DNA of 64,000 bases, taken from NCBI GenBank assembly GCA_963713825.1, contig CAVQNG010000025.1, positions 416,001-480,000 of the forward strand. Reading direction: 5' to 3'. Both the position numbers and the translations under genes were made by a program. Each line of letters opens with the position of its first letter. Position 1 is the first letter of the stretch. Source of the stretch: an uncultured Acidobacteriota bacterium. GTDB lineage: Bacteria > Acidobacteriota > Thermoanaerobaculia > Multivoradales > JAHEKO01. This document shows positions 40,414-50,026 of this stretch, one piece after another. The notes under the pieces were generated by a model, which was not told the DNA's origin, ran no database searches, and saw only the letters and a program-made list of their open reading frames with translations.

Positions 40414-41337
40414 ATGAGTACTACAGATCTGACAACAACCCCAGCCGCAGTGGATGACTTGAGACTCGCTGATGAGCTGGAGAACTTCCAGGAGATCGCC
40501 GGAGTCCTGAAGCCGTCGTGGGGCGCCATCCCGAAACTCTCCGGCGTCGATATCAGCGCCGTCTCCCTTCCTTTGCAGGGAACTGCGGGCGGTGATCACG
40601 TCATCTTCATCGACTTCAACCGGCGCTACGATCTACCGCAGCGCATCGAGGCGGCTCTGAGGGAAGGTTCTGAGGAAGTCGCGGATCGGTTGCGTGAATG
40701 TCGGCATCGCGCCGGAATCCTGTTGGCCGACGTCTCGGGGCATCGGGTGACGGACGCGTTGATCGCAGCGATGCTGCATCAGGCGTTTCTCGTCGGGGCC
40801 TACTACGAGCTCGATCGCTTCGGCGAGATCACCACCAAGCTGTTCGAGCACATCAATCAGCGATTTTTCGCTACCACGAAGATCAACAAGTACCTGACAA
40901 TGATCTACGGTGAGATCTGGGAGCAGGGACGATTCCGATTCATGTCGGCCGGGCATCCCAGGCCGATGGTGTTCTCTCGAGAGTTCGGGGAATTTGTCGA
41001 CATCAGCGAGGATAGGCTCGTCTCGTATCCTCCGGTCGGCATGTTTCCCTCCGATACCAGCCTGAGCGAACGGGTGGAGGCTGGACGTCTCGAATCCAAA
41101 CAACCCTACACGGTCAACGAGATCGATCTGCTGGCCAACGGCGACATCCTGCTGCTCTATACCGATGGGCTGTCGGAGCACGCCGATGGTGAGTACTTCC
41201 CTGCAGCAATTGAGCAGACCCTTGCCCGAGTCAGGGACCAGAGCGCCGCGATCATCTGCGAGAAGCTGAAGCAGGATGTTCTTGCTTTCGCGCCCGCCAC
41301 GGACGACATCAGCTTCGTGGTGATCAAAAAGACCTGA
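40414..41337 (+). CDS. Stand-alone PP2C/SpoIIE-family phosphatase
   Basis: AGGDH, ADVSGH, SAGHP, YTDGL, DDIS.V.IK. Confidence 0.88.
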   Translation: MSTTDLTTTPAAVDDLRLADELENFQEIAGVLKPSWGAIPKLSGVDISAVSLPLQGTAGGDHVIFIDFNRRYDLPQRIEAALREGSEEVADRLRECRHRAGILLADVSGHRVTDALIAAMLHQAFLVGAYYELDRFGEITTKLFEHINQRFFATTKINKYLTMIYGEIWEQGRFRFMSAGHPRPMVFSREFGEFVDISEDRLVSYPPVGMFPSDTSLSERVEAGRLESKQPYTVNEIDLLANGDILLLYTDGLSEHADGEYFPAAIEQTLARVRDQSAAIICEKLKQDVLAFAPATDDISFVVIKKT

Positions 41338-41356
41338 AACGGGTGGGGCTCATCGC

Positions 41357-41746
41357 CTAGGGGTTGTAGGCGGTGGGGACGAACTCGTCGTCCTCCTGCA
41401 GCAAGCGCTCGAATTTCAGGAAGTCGTAGTAGCCGCACTTCCTGAGGCCCGGATAGTCGCCACAGATGGCGGGACGGGATTCGTAGATCGTGCACATCCG
41501 GGTCTCCTGGTCGAGGAATCTGCAGGCGGTCCCGTAGTGCTCGTCCCTGCGGTGACGGAGAACCCGCTCACCGGGCTCGTGGCCCTTCTTGGTGAACTTT
41601 CTCCTCGCCTCCTTGCGGGAGATTCCGAAGTGCTTGGCCAGGCGGCCGATGTCCTTGTTGTCGATGATGATCCTGGCGTAGGAGCAGCAATAAGCCGGAC
41701 AGAGGTCGCAGTCGTAAAGGAGTTTGAGTGCCTTTTTTTTCGCCAT
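41357..41746 (-). CDS. YkgJ-family cysteine-cluster protein
   Basis: C..CP.YCC, CRFLD, CTIYESRP.IC..YP. Confidence 0.9.
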   Translation of the reverse strand: MAKKKALKLLYDCDLCPAYCCSYARIIIDNKDIGRLAKHFGISRKEARRKFTKKGHEPGERVLRHRRDEHYGTACRFLDQETRMCTIYESRPAICGDYPGLRKCGYYDFLKFERLLQEDDEFVPTAYNP

Positions 41747-41802
41747 GACGGGCGGATTGTACCCGACGCCGAGGAGATTGTGAGATGGAATTCGGGGTCG
41801 AT

Positions 41803-42861
41803 CTAGGTCCGGGTTTTTCGTCGCTGCCGCAAGCGCTCCAGGCGCTGGTCCCGCAGCGCGGCAGCGGCCAGCCGCTGATCGACGATGCGATCGGATTCAT
41901 CGACGATCTCGACTCCAAGCACGGTCTCGGTCAAGTCCTCGAGAGTCACCAGGCCGGAGATACCGCCATGTTCGTCGATGGCCATGGCGATGGGCTCACG
42001 GCGCTCGAGGATCTGTCGCATGGCCGCGGCGACGGTTGCCACCTCCGGGATGAAGGGAATGGGACGCATCAGGCTCTCGAGCGTGGTGTCCTGGTGACAG
42101 CCGTTGGCGGCTCTCTTCAGGATCTCGCGCTGTAACACGTAGCCGACAACGTTGTCCCGGCTGTCACGAAACAGGGGAATGCGGCTTACCGCCTCGGCTT
42201 CCCGATCGGCCAGCAGATCCGCGATGGTTGCGTCGGCGGGAAGCATCACGGCGACAGTTCGGGGCGTCATGACATCTTCGACCCGCACCTCTTCGAAGCG
42301 CAGGAGATTCTCGAAAATTCTCGACTCCCCAGGTGAGATGGCGCCGTGATGTGCGGCGGTGGCGATGGTGGAGGCGAGCTCACCCCGCGACAGCGTCGGT
42401 GCGTGCCCGCGGGTCAGCAGCCGGGTCAAGAGCCGCGAGACTACGAGGACCGGCGTCATTGCCTTGGTCAGAATATGAAGAGACCAGCCGACGAAGCCGG
42501 AGAGGCGGCGCGAGTAGACCGCCCCCAAGGTTTTCGGGATGATCTCGGAGACGACCAGGATGAGGAAGGTCAGAGCGCCCGAGAAGACGCCCATCCAGGC
42601 ACTGCCGAAGACCTTGGCTGCCTGGGCCCCGGCAAGGGTTGCTCCCAAGGTGTTCGCCACCGTGTTCAGGGTCAGGATAGCGCTGATGGCGTCATCGACG
42701 TGAGTCTGTTTCAGGTTCAGGAGTAACCCCGCACCCTGGCTCCCCTCATCTCGCTGGTGGGCGAGATTGACATTGCGGGAGGAGAGTAGAGCAGCCTCCA
42801 GAAGCGAGCAGGCGAACGAGACTCCGACCGCCAGGCCGACATAGAGAACGAGCAGACTCAG
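41803..42861 (-). CDS. CNNM/DUF21 + CBS-pair membrane protein (CorB/TlyC-like), probable CTG start
   Basis: Frame stays open upstream of the ORF-track start to CTG at 42861 (AGGAG SD), adding SLLVLYVGLAVGVSFACSLLEAALLS...AILTLNT; SEIIPKTLG, VMTPR, SRIP, GLVTLED..E..LG.EI.DE.D. Confidence 0.9.
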   Translation of the reverse strand: MSLLVLYVGLAVGVSFACSLLEAALLSSRNVNLAHQRDEGSQGAGLLLNLKQTHVDDAISAILTLNTVANTLGATLAGAQAAKVFGSAWMGVFSGALTFLILVVSEIIPKTLGAVYSRRLSGFVGWSLHILTKAMTPVLVVSRLLTRLLTRGHAPTLSRGELASTIATAAHHGAISPGESRIFENLLRFEEVRVEDVMTPRTVAVMLPADATIADLLADREAEAVSRIPLFRDSRDNVVGYVLQREILKRAANGCHQDTTLESLMRPIPFIPEVATVAAAMRQILERREPIAMAIDEHGGISGLVTLEDLTETVLGVEIVDESDRIVDQRLAAAALRDQRLERLRQRRKTRT

Positions 42862-42920
42862 GACGGTTCTCCTGGAAGGACTGGGTGAAGTCTCGAAGGG
42901 CGTTGCATGGAGTCGATCGG

Positions 42921-45395
42921 TCAGCCGAGCTTGTACAACCGCCCGAGGAGTGACTGCAGAGGGAAGCGCTGCAGTCGACCCGCGGCTGCGGCCTGCTCAT
43001 CGTAGGTCTGGACCTCGTCGGGCTCGATGCCGTCTCCCCACATCAAGATCGGCAGTGGGTCCGCAGCATGCTGTCCGCTCTCGGAGAGAGTGGCGTGGTC
43101 GGAGGCAACGATAATCCGCAGCGGTTGGGGGACATTGTCTACGAGCCAGCTCAATTCTTGATCGATTCTCTCCAGGAACTCCAATTTGAGGTCTGGCCTC
43201 CGATCGTGAGCCGCGATGTCGGCGCCTTTGAAGTGCAACACGACGAGGTCGTTGCGGCCCAGCTCCTTCAGAGCCGCTCGGACTTTGGCTTCGAGGTCGG
43301 TGTCCAGATTCGCCGTCATGCCCTCTTCGGTGACGGTCTTGCCGCCCAACCACTTGGCAATCCCGAGGAGGGTGCGGTCGCCACCCACGAACGCGACTCG
43401 CAGCGGCAGACCCCCGTCCTCCAAGGGCAGAAGGCGATGCAGCCGTCCCGCCCCGCGGGTCAGAATGGCGTTGGCTGGCGCCAGACCTTCGGCCGCTCGC
43501 TGGCGATTGATCGGGTGAGTCGCCAGAATTCGCCGCGCTTCCTGCTCGAAGAGGGCTAGAACTGCAGCCGTGAGAACGGCTTGGTCGTCGTCGGGATCCA
43601 CTGGCTTGGGGACGAGTGGTGGACCGGGAACGGCACCCTCGCCAGGATCACTACCCTGAATTGCCGGCGAAAGCCGCTCGCCACGGAGAACGATCGCCAG
43701 CCTGTGCTCGGTCCCGGCTTTGACTCGGACCTCCACTTCACGGTCGAGACCCGAGGGCAACGGCAGTCGGTCCAGTGCAGCTGCCAATTCGGCAGCCTGC
43801 TCTCGGATCCTTCCCGCCCGTCGGTCGATGACCCGCCCGTTTTCGTCCAGGGTCGCGAAATTGCCCCGCAGGGCAATGTCGCCGTCTTTGATCGACACGC
43901 CGGCTCCGAGAGCCTCGATCGGACCCCGCTTCATGGCTTGTGGTGATTGGCCGAGCAGTGCCAGATTACCCGCTGCGGTGTCGGGTACGACTCCGGGTGC
44001 CACCGGATCGGCAACTCCACACTGTCCTTCTCTCGCCAGGCGGTCGAGAGTCGGAGTTTTCGCAGCCTGCAGCGGGGTTCGACCGCCCAGGGCCCGGACC
44101 GGGCGGTCGGCCAGTCCGTCGATGACCACCAGTAGGGTGGCTTTGGGATGCTGGTGGGGAGTCCAATCCTCCTGACCGAGCTTGGGGAGGCTGCGCTCCA
44201 GGATGCTGGTCACGACTCTCATCGTGGCCTCGACAGGCGGGTCGCCTTCTGAGGTGTCGAGAATGGGTCGATCGTGCTGTTCGGCCTGCAGCAGAATGTA
44301 GTCGTGAATCGTTCGAATGGAGGCGAAGCTCTCGAGATAGCGCTCGGCGAGTCGCCCCCCGGCTCGGCTGCGGGCCAAGAAGCGGGTGCGGTGAGCCTCT
44401 TCGTTCAGCGTCGCCAAGACGAGAGGCACTTGGTAGACGGCGCCCTCGAGGTCGGGGAAGGGCACCATGCCGGGGTGGACGTGAACACCCTCGACGATGA
44501 TGCTCATGTTCTCGACCATGGCCCGCTCGACCACAGCCCGGACGCCGACGCAGACTCGAGTCGCCTGCTCCTCGAAGGTCGCGATGAGGCGTTGGGCGTG
44601 GTCGACTTCCTGCGCGGCGCCCAACCATGCCTCCGCGGAGGTCTGGTCGTAGGGCGGTGCCACCTCGAAGCTGGAGCTGTGGAGGGCCGGCAGAATGGAT
44701 GGAGTGAACACCATTCGCATCACCTGGCGGATCGTGTCGGTGGCGTTGATCCGATAGATCCGTAGGAGTGGTCCGAGCTCGAGAGCCAGGGTCGACTTGC
44801 CGGTGCCGCTGGCCCCTCCGACATAGATCACCAGCGGTCGGGGCAAGCGGTGGATTCTCCGAATGGCTCGATAGCGGAGAGCTGCCTGCTTGCCTTGGAG
44901 GCGCTCCAGGAGATCGCCGACGCGTCTGGCCACCTCGCCACTCTGCAGGACAGAGACGTTTTCGCTCAGGAGCTCGGCCTCGAGCTCCGTGACCAACCGG
45001 TAGGCGCGATCCAGATCGAGTCCGGCGGCATGGATGCTGCGCGCCAGCAGACCCCTGGAGAAGGGTTGCTCCTGGCCGGCGTAGACTACTCTCACTCCCT
45101 CGGTGTCGGGCGCCACCTCGCTGCGCAGTTGGCTGGCGTTGTCGTCGTTACGCTCCACCTGTTCGAGAACGAGATCTCGAAGCTCGCTGGTGCTCACCTC
45201 GTCACGGTCGCCGAGGCGATCACGAATGGCGCGTGCGATGGCATAGGCAGGGTCGAAATCCAGGCCACGCTGGATGAGATCGTGGGTGATCATGCCGCGC
45301 AGGAATCGCTGGCGACTGCCATCGGCAGAGACAACGAGCAGCTGCTTGCGGCCCTTGGAAGAGCTGCGAGGTTTGTCGTCCGGTTCGCTGGCCAT
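42921..45395 (-). CDS. Fusion: 2x ATP-cone + 2-phosphoglycerate-kinase-like P-loop domain + archaeal-type cofactor-independent phosphoglycerate mutase (ApgM)
   Basis: FLRGMI / PFSRGLLARS cones; GGASGTGKST, TDTIRQVMR, LHSSSF, IVEGVH; then IDGLADRP..G.TPL.AA.TP.LD, RGP.EALG, RGNFAT, DRRAGRI, HFK.AD.A.HD, SDHAT, H.ADPLP. Confidence 0.85.
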   Translation of the reverse strand: MASEPDDKPRSSSKGRKQLLVVSADGSRQRFLRGMITHDLIQRGLDFDPAYAIARAIRDRLGDRDEVSTSELRDLVLEQVERNDDNASQLRSEVAPDTEGVRVVYAGQEQPFSRGLLARSIHAAGLDLDRAYRLVTELEAELLSENVSVLQSGEVARRVGDLLERLQGKQAALRYRAIRRIHRLPRPLVIYVGGASGTGKSTLALELGPLLRIYRINATDTIRQVMRMVFTPSILPALHSSSFEVAPPYDQTSAEAWLGAAQEVDHAQRLIATFEEQATRVCVGVRAVVERAMVENMSIIVEGVHVHPGMVPFPDLEGAVYQVPLVLATLNEEAHRTRFLARSRAGGRLAERYLESFASIRTIHDYILLQAEQHDRPILDTSEGDPPVEATMRVVTSILERSLPKLGQEDWTPHQHPKATLLVVIDGLADRPVRALGGRTPLQAAKTPTLDRLAREGQCGVADPVAPGVVPDTAAGNLALLGQSPQAMKRGPIEALGAGVSIKDGDIALRGNFATLDENGRVIDRRAGRIREQAAELAAALDRLPLPSGLDREVEVRVKAGTEHRLAIVLRGERLSPAIQGSDPGEGAVPGPPLVPKPVDPDDDQAVLTAAVLALFEQEARRILATHPINRQRAAEGLAPANAILTRGAGRLHRLLPLEDGGLPLRVAFVGGDRTLLGIAKWLGGKTVTEEGMTANLDTDLEAKVRAALKELGRNDLVVLHFKGADIAAHDRRPDLKLEFLERIDQELSWLVDNVPQPLRIIVASDHATLSESGQHAADPLPILMWGDGIEPDEVQTYDEQAAAAGRLQRFPLQSLLGRLYKLG

Positions 45396-45545
45396 GATGA
45401 TAGGGGATGAGATCGAAGGGCCTCGCCGCCGCTACCCTGACATGGGCCCAGATCGCCGGTGAAGCCACCCAGAGTCTATGGCGATTGCGATCCGGGGCAC
45501 AAGCGAGGGGCCATTTGGCCGTTTCGGCTGGTCGCCTCGGGCGGG

Positions 45546-46055
45546 TTACTCGTCGAGGCCAGGCGTCAGCAGCAGTTTCGGTGAGACGAGCCAATGTAGC
45601 GTTCCGAGACCGGCTCTACACTCTGCCCAATCGTCGATCGGAAAATCGATCCTCGCCATGGCCGCCGTTGGCATTCGGGGTTGGCCTCCTCCCGTCAGCT
45701 CACCGACGAGCTCGGACCAGGTCGGCTCGTGTCCGACCAGGAGGATCCGTGAGAATATCGCCTCCTGGGCCTTGACCACGGAGAGCACGGTGGCAGGGTT
45801 CGATCCGTAGAACTCCTCGCAAAGCGCCATCGGACAGTCCCAACTGCCACTCTGGCTCGCGATTTCTGCGGTCGTGCGTGCCCGGACAGCCGTCGAGGAC
45901 AAGATCAGGTCGGGCTGGAGCTCGAGCTTTGCAAGGAAGCGTCCCATGAGACGGGCCGCGCTGACGCCCCGCTTGGCAAGGGGGCGCTCGTGATCCGATT
46001 CGAAGCTCGTTTTCCAGTCCGATTTGGCGTGCCGCAAGATCAGTAGTTGCTTCAA
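45546..46055 (-). CDS. sixA: SixA-type phosphohistidine phosphatase
   Basis: LRHAKS.W, D..RPL..RG, SSTA.RA..TA, LVGHEP; TTG start at 46055 after GGGAG. Confidence 0.88.
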   Translation of the reverse strand: MKQLLILRHAKSDWKTSFESDHERPLAKRGVSAARLMGRFLAKLELQPDLILSSTAVRARTTAEIASQSGSWDCPMALCEEFYGSNPATVLSVVKAQEAIFSRILLVGHEPTWSELVGELTGGGQPRMPTAAMARIDFPIDDWAECRAGLGTLHWLVSPKLLLTPGLDE

Positions 46056-46222
46056 GTGACGTACTCCCTTGTTCCGATCCGTCTGTTCTTGCACTCTATC
46101 CCAAGGCGGCGGCGAGCCCTGGCCTACCGACCGACCCTGCTGCCGCAAGGTTGGTAGAATCAACAGCTTGCCTCGATCGACGGACTCACTCGACGCAACG
46201 CCTGAAGGGATCTGAGCTGACG

Positions 46223-48376
46223 ATGACGGTGACGGAAGACAAGAAATCGGCCTCGAACAAGACTGCTGCCAAGGCGGTCAACCTCAATCACCGGATCTAC
46301 TACTTCAACCGCGAGTTGAGCTGGCTCCAATTCAATGATCGGGTGCTCGAGGAGGCGCTCGATGAGCGTCACCCCCTTCTCGAAAGGGTCAAGTTCCTCT
46401 CGATCTTCTCGAGCAACCTGGACGAGTTCTTCATGATCCGGGTCTCTGGCCTGCGACGTCAGCTGGCCGGAGGAGCCCTGAAGGCGCCGCCGGACGGTAT
46501 GTCACCTGGCGAGCAGTTGAAGGCGATTCGAAGCCGCCTCGATCCCGCCCTCGAAGAGGCCGCAGACTGTTGGAAAGACGAACTGCTCCCCCAACTGAAG
46601 GACGCCGGTGTCAACGTGCTTGCCTACGAAGAGCTCAAGAGCAAGCAGCGGAAGCTCTTGCGTAAGCACTTCAAGAGAGAGATCTTCCCGGTCCTGACCC
46701 CGCTGGCATTCGATCCAGGGCATCCGTTCCCGCATATTTCCAACCTGAGCGTCAACCTGGCGGCAGTCATCGACGATCCGGGTAGGGGAGAGAAGTTCGC
46801 CCGGGTCAAGGTGCCTCATATGTTCCCGCGGTTTGTCCGCGTTCCCAGCGAGGAGAAAGCCGGGCGTGACGAGGAACGGGGACTGGAAGGATCCGAATCG
46901 ATGAACTTCGTCTGGCTCGAGGAGGTCATCGCTGCCAATCTGGACACTCTCTTCCCGGGTCTGAACGTCGAAGCCGCCTACCCCTTCCGGGTGACCAGGG
47001 ATGCCGATGTGGAGATCGAGGAAGACGAAGCCTCGGACCTGCTGTCGGCCATGGAGGTCGTGGTGGGGCAGCGTCAGTTCGGCTCGGCGGTGCGGCTCGA
47101 GGTCGACGCTCGAATGCCGGCTCGTGTGAGGGATATTCTGGTCGACAACCTGGGGCTGTCGCGTTATCAAGTCTTTGCCGTGAACGGTCCTCTGGGTCAG
47201 TCGGATCTCATGGAGCTGACCAAGCTCGATCTACCCGCTTTGAAAGACGCTCCGTTTACACCGAGTGAACCCAAGGCGCTCAAAGGTGAGGAGAGTGTCT
47301 TCTCCGTTCTCAAACGGCGCAATCTGCTGCTCTATCACCCCTACGACAGCTTCCGTCCGGTGGTCGACTTTGTCCGCGAAGCGGCCAAGGACCCGGAAGT
47401 CCTGGCCATCAAGCAAACGCTGTATCGGGTCGGACCCAACTCGCCAATTGTGGAAGCGCTGCGGCATGCCAGGGAAAACGGCAAGCAGGTTTCAGTGCTC
47501 GTGGAGCTGAAGGCCCGCTTCGATGAAGAGAACAACATCGTCTGGGCGCGGTCCTTGGAAGAGGCCGGGGTGCATGTCGTCTACGGTGTGATGGGCCTCA
47601 AGACCCACGCCAAGATGTGCCTGGTGGTTCGGCGGGAGCCGGACGGGGTCAAACGCTACGTCCATCTGGGCACCGGCAACTACAACCCGGTCACGGCGCG
47701 CATCTACACAGACCAGGGATATCTGACTGCCGATGCCGACATAACGGCCGATGTTTCGGAGCTCTTCAATGCCCTGACGGGGTACTCCAGAGAGGATCAT
47801 TACCGCAAGCTGCTGGTGGCGCCCGGCAAGATGCGAGAACAGATCCTGGAGAGGATTCAGCGCGAGATCGACTGCCACCGAAAGGATGGCAACGGTCACC
47901 TGGCGTTCAAGATGAACTCCCTGGTCGACAAGGCCTGCATTCGGGCTCTGTACGAAGCGTCGATCGCCGGTGTCAAGGTGGATCTCCAGATCCGCGGCAT
48001 CTGTTGCCTACGCCCTGGGGTGGAGAGGATCAGCGAGAACATCACAGTCACCTCGATTGTCGGGCGATTTCTGGAACACAGCCGCATCTACTACTTCCGC
48101 AACGGCGGGCAGGAAGAGATCCTGCTAGGCAGTGCCGATCTGATGCCGCGGAATCTCGGCGGCAGGGTCGAAACCCTGTTCCCGGTCGAGGACGAGAGAT
48201 TGAAGCGAGCTCTGCGGGACGAGATCCTCGATCTCCATCTGCACGACAATGTGCAGTCCAGTCAGCTGATGAGCGATGGTGGGTACGTGCGCCTGAGTCC
48301 TGGCGAGGGCGACCCGGTCATCGACTCTCAGAGCCTGCTTCTGAAGCAGGCGGGCTCCTGGCACCTGGACGAGTAG
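46223..48376 (+). CDS. ppk1: Polyphosphate kinase 1
   Basis: NRELSWL.FN.RVL, SNLDEFFM.RV, HPYDSF, ELKARFDE, KTHAK, TGNYN, GRFLEHSR, GSADLM.RNL. Confidence 0.98.
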   Translation: MTVTEDKKSASNKTAAKAVNLNHRIYYFNRELSWLQFNDRVLEEALDERHPLLERVKFLSIFSSNLDEFFMIRVSGLRRQLAGGALKAPPDGMSPGEQLKAIRSRLDPALEEAADCWKDELLPQLKDAGVNVLAYEELKSKQRKLLRKHFKREIFPVLTPLAFDPGHPFPHISNLSVNLAAVIDDPGRGEKFARVKVPHMFPRFVRVPSEEKAGRDEERGLEGSESMNFVWLEEVIAANLDTLFPGLNVEAAYPFRVTRDADVEIEEDEASDLLSAMEVVVGQRQFGSAVRLEVDARMPARVRDILVDNLGLSRYQVFAVNGPLGQSDLMELTKLDLPALKDAPFTPSEPKALKGEESVFSVLKRRNLLLYHPYDSFRPVVDFVREAAKDPEVLAIKQTLYRVGPNSPIVEALRHARENGKQVSVLVELKARFDEENNIVWARSLEEAGVHVVYGVMGLKTHAKMCLVVRREPDGVKRYVHLGTGNYNPVTARIYTDQGYLTADADITADVSELFNALTGYSREDHYRKLLVAPGKMREQILERIQREIDCHRKDGNGHLAFKMNSLVDKACIRALYEASIAGVKVDLQIRGICCLRPGVERISENITVTSIVGRFLEHSRIYYFRNGGQEEILLGSADLMPRNLGGRVETLFPVEDERLKRALRDEILDLHLHDNVQSSQLMSDGGYVRLSPGEGDPVIDSQSLLLKQAGSWHLDE

Positions 48377-48411
48377 GGTCCGTCAGACCGTCGTCGAGTT
48401 GAGTTGACTCC

Positions 48412-49212
48412 TCAACCCTTGCCCTTGTCGCTCTTCTTCGAGCCCTTCTTCTTGTTGTTGTCGTTTTTTTCGTTTGCGGCAGCCCGTTGGGCCTCGGGCT
48501 CTTGCAGATTCGCTTCCAGAGCGGCGATCAGGGTCTCCTGGGTCTTGACCCTGGCCCACAGCTTGTCGTTGCCCTCGATGATGGTCCAGGGTGCGGAGAG
48601 GGTGCTGGTCTTCCTAAGCATGTCGATCAGGGCCTCTTCGTAGAGGCCCCACTTGCGTCGGTTTCGCCAGTCTTCTTCTGTGAGCTTCCACTGCTTGTGG
48701 GGTGTCTTGCGGCGAGCCTCGAAACGGCTGAGCTGCTCCTCGGCACTGATCTCGAACCACAGTTTGACGAGGATCATGCCGTGATCGGTGAGCTGGCGCT
48801 CGAAGTGGTTGATCTCTCGATAGGCTCGCTTCCACTCGTCTTCGGTGGCGAAACCTTCGACCCTCTCGACGAGAACACGTCCATACCAGGAGCGGTCGAA
48901 GATCACGATCTGCTTGTCGTCTGGGGATTTCAGGCGACGCCAGAAGCGCCAAAGGTAATGATGGGTCTTGTCCTCTCCATCCGGCGCTGCGATCGAGTAG
49001 ACCTCGTAGCCACGAGGGTCGATCTTTTCGGTCGCTCGCCGGATGGAACCCCCCTTTCCCGCCGCGTCCCACCCTTCCACGACGACGATCAGCGACCGCT
49101 TTTGCTGGTACAGCCTGAATGCCAACTCGCGGAGCTTGAGTTGACAGTCCAGCTTGCGCTGCCTGTACTCCTCGTGGTCCAATCGCTTACTCAGATCGAC
49201 TGTGGGGAGCAT
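48412..49212 (-). CDS. ppk2: Polyphosphate kinase 2 family protein (C-terminal-half-like), Lys-rich tail
   Basis: EGWDAAGKGG, HYLWRFW, FDRSWYGRVLVERVEG, WKLTEEDWRNR. Confidence 0.92.
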   Translation of the reverse strand: MLPTVDLSKRLDHEEYRQRKLDCQLKLRELAFRLYQQKRSLIVVVEGWDAAGKGGSIRRATEKIDPRGYEVYSIAAPDGEDKTHHYLWRFWRRLKSPDDKQIVIFDRSWYGRVLVERVEGFATEDEWKRAYREINHFERQLTDHGMILVKLWFEISAEEQLSRFEARRKTPHKQWKLTEEDWRNRRKWGLYEEALIDMLRKTSTLSAPWTIIEGNDKLWARVKTQETLIAALEANLQEPEAQRAAANEKNDNNKKKGSKKSDKGKG

Positions 49213-49976
49213 CAGTAGTCTTCCTCATCGTCGTCGATCTCGTCGAAGCCGGGTACTTCGCAACCGTGGCGTTCCAGCCCCTCTTCCATGGCTTCGATGA
49301 TGGCCTGAAGGACCCGCACGCGTGTCCACCGGTGATCTGTTGCTGCGACCAGGGTCCATGGCCCCCATTCGGTCTCGGTTCTTTCGAGCATCTCCTCGAC
49401 CGCCAGCCGGTAGTCACCATAGCGCTCGTTCTGGGCCCAGTCCTCGGGCTCCACCTGCCAGCTGGTTCTGGGATCCGATTCCAAGTCCTTCAAACGGCTA
49501 GCCTGCTCCTTCTCGTCGATATGGAGAAAGAGCTTGGCCAGAAGATAGCGATCGTCGACCAGCGCCTGCTCGTAAGCCGTGATGTCGTTGTAGGCCTGCG
49601 TCAACTGCACCGGTTCGATCATGCCATCGACTCGCTCCTCCAGGACTCGGCCGTACCAGCTGTGGTCGAAGATGGCGATCTCGCCCCAGTTGGGCAGTTT
49701 GGCCCAGAAGCGCCACATCCAGGGTAGAAGGCTTTCGAAGGTGCGGGGCTCACGAATGGCGTGGAGACTGAAACCCCTCGGTTCCAGTCGCTGGGTGATC
49801 TTGCTGATGACCGAGCCCTTTCCAGACGCATCCCAGCCTTCCAGGACGACGAGCGTCGCCAACTTCTCCTTCCAGCAGGCGCGCTGCAATTGGTGAAGCC
49901 GGCGTTGGAGCTCTGGAAGCTGCTCCTTGTAGTCGGTCTTCGATAGCTCTCGGCTGAGATTTAGGGCTTCCAGCAT
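49212..49976 (-). CDS. ppk2: Polyphosphate kinase 2 family protein (N-terminal-half-like)
   Basis: EGWDASGKG, PWMWRFW..LP..G.I.IFDHSWY; TGATG overlap with the next PPK2. Confidence 0.9.
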   Translation of the reverse strand: MLEALNLSRELSKTDYKEQLPELQRRLHQLQRACWKEKLATLVVLEGWDASGKGSVISKITQRLEPRGFSLHAIREPRTFESLLPWMWRFWAKLPNWGEIAIFDHSWYGRVLEERVDGMIEPVQLTQAYNDITAYEQALVDDRYLLAKLFLHIDEKEQASRLKDLESDPRTSWQVEPEDWAQNERYGDYRLAVEEMLERTETEWGPWTLVAATDHRWTRVRVLQAIIEAMEEGLERHGCEVPGFDEIDDDEEDY

Positions 49977-50026
49977 TTCGGTTCAGCGACCGGTTCGTGA
50001 ACTGTTCAGCGTTCGGTTGGATTGTC

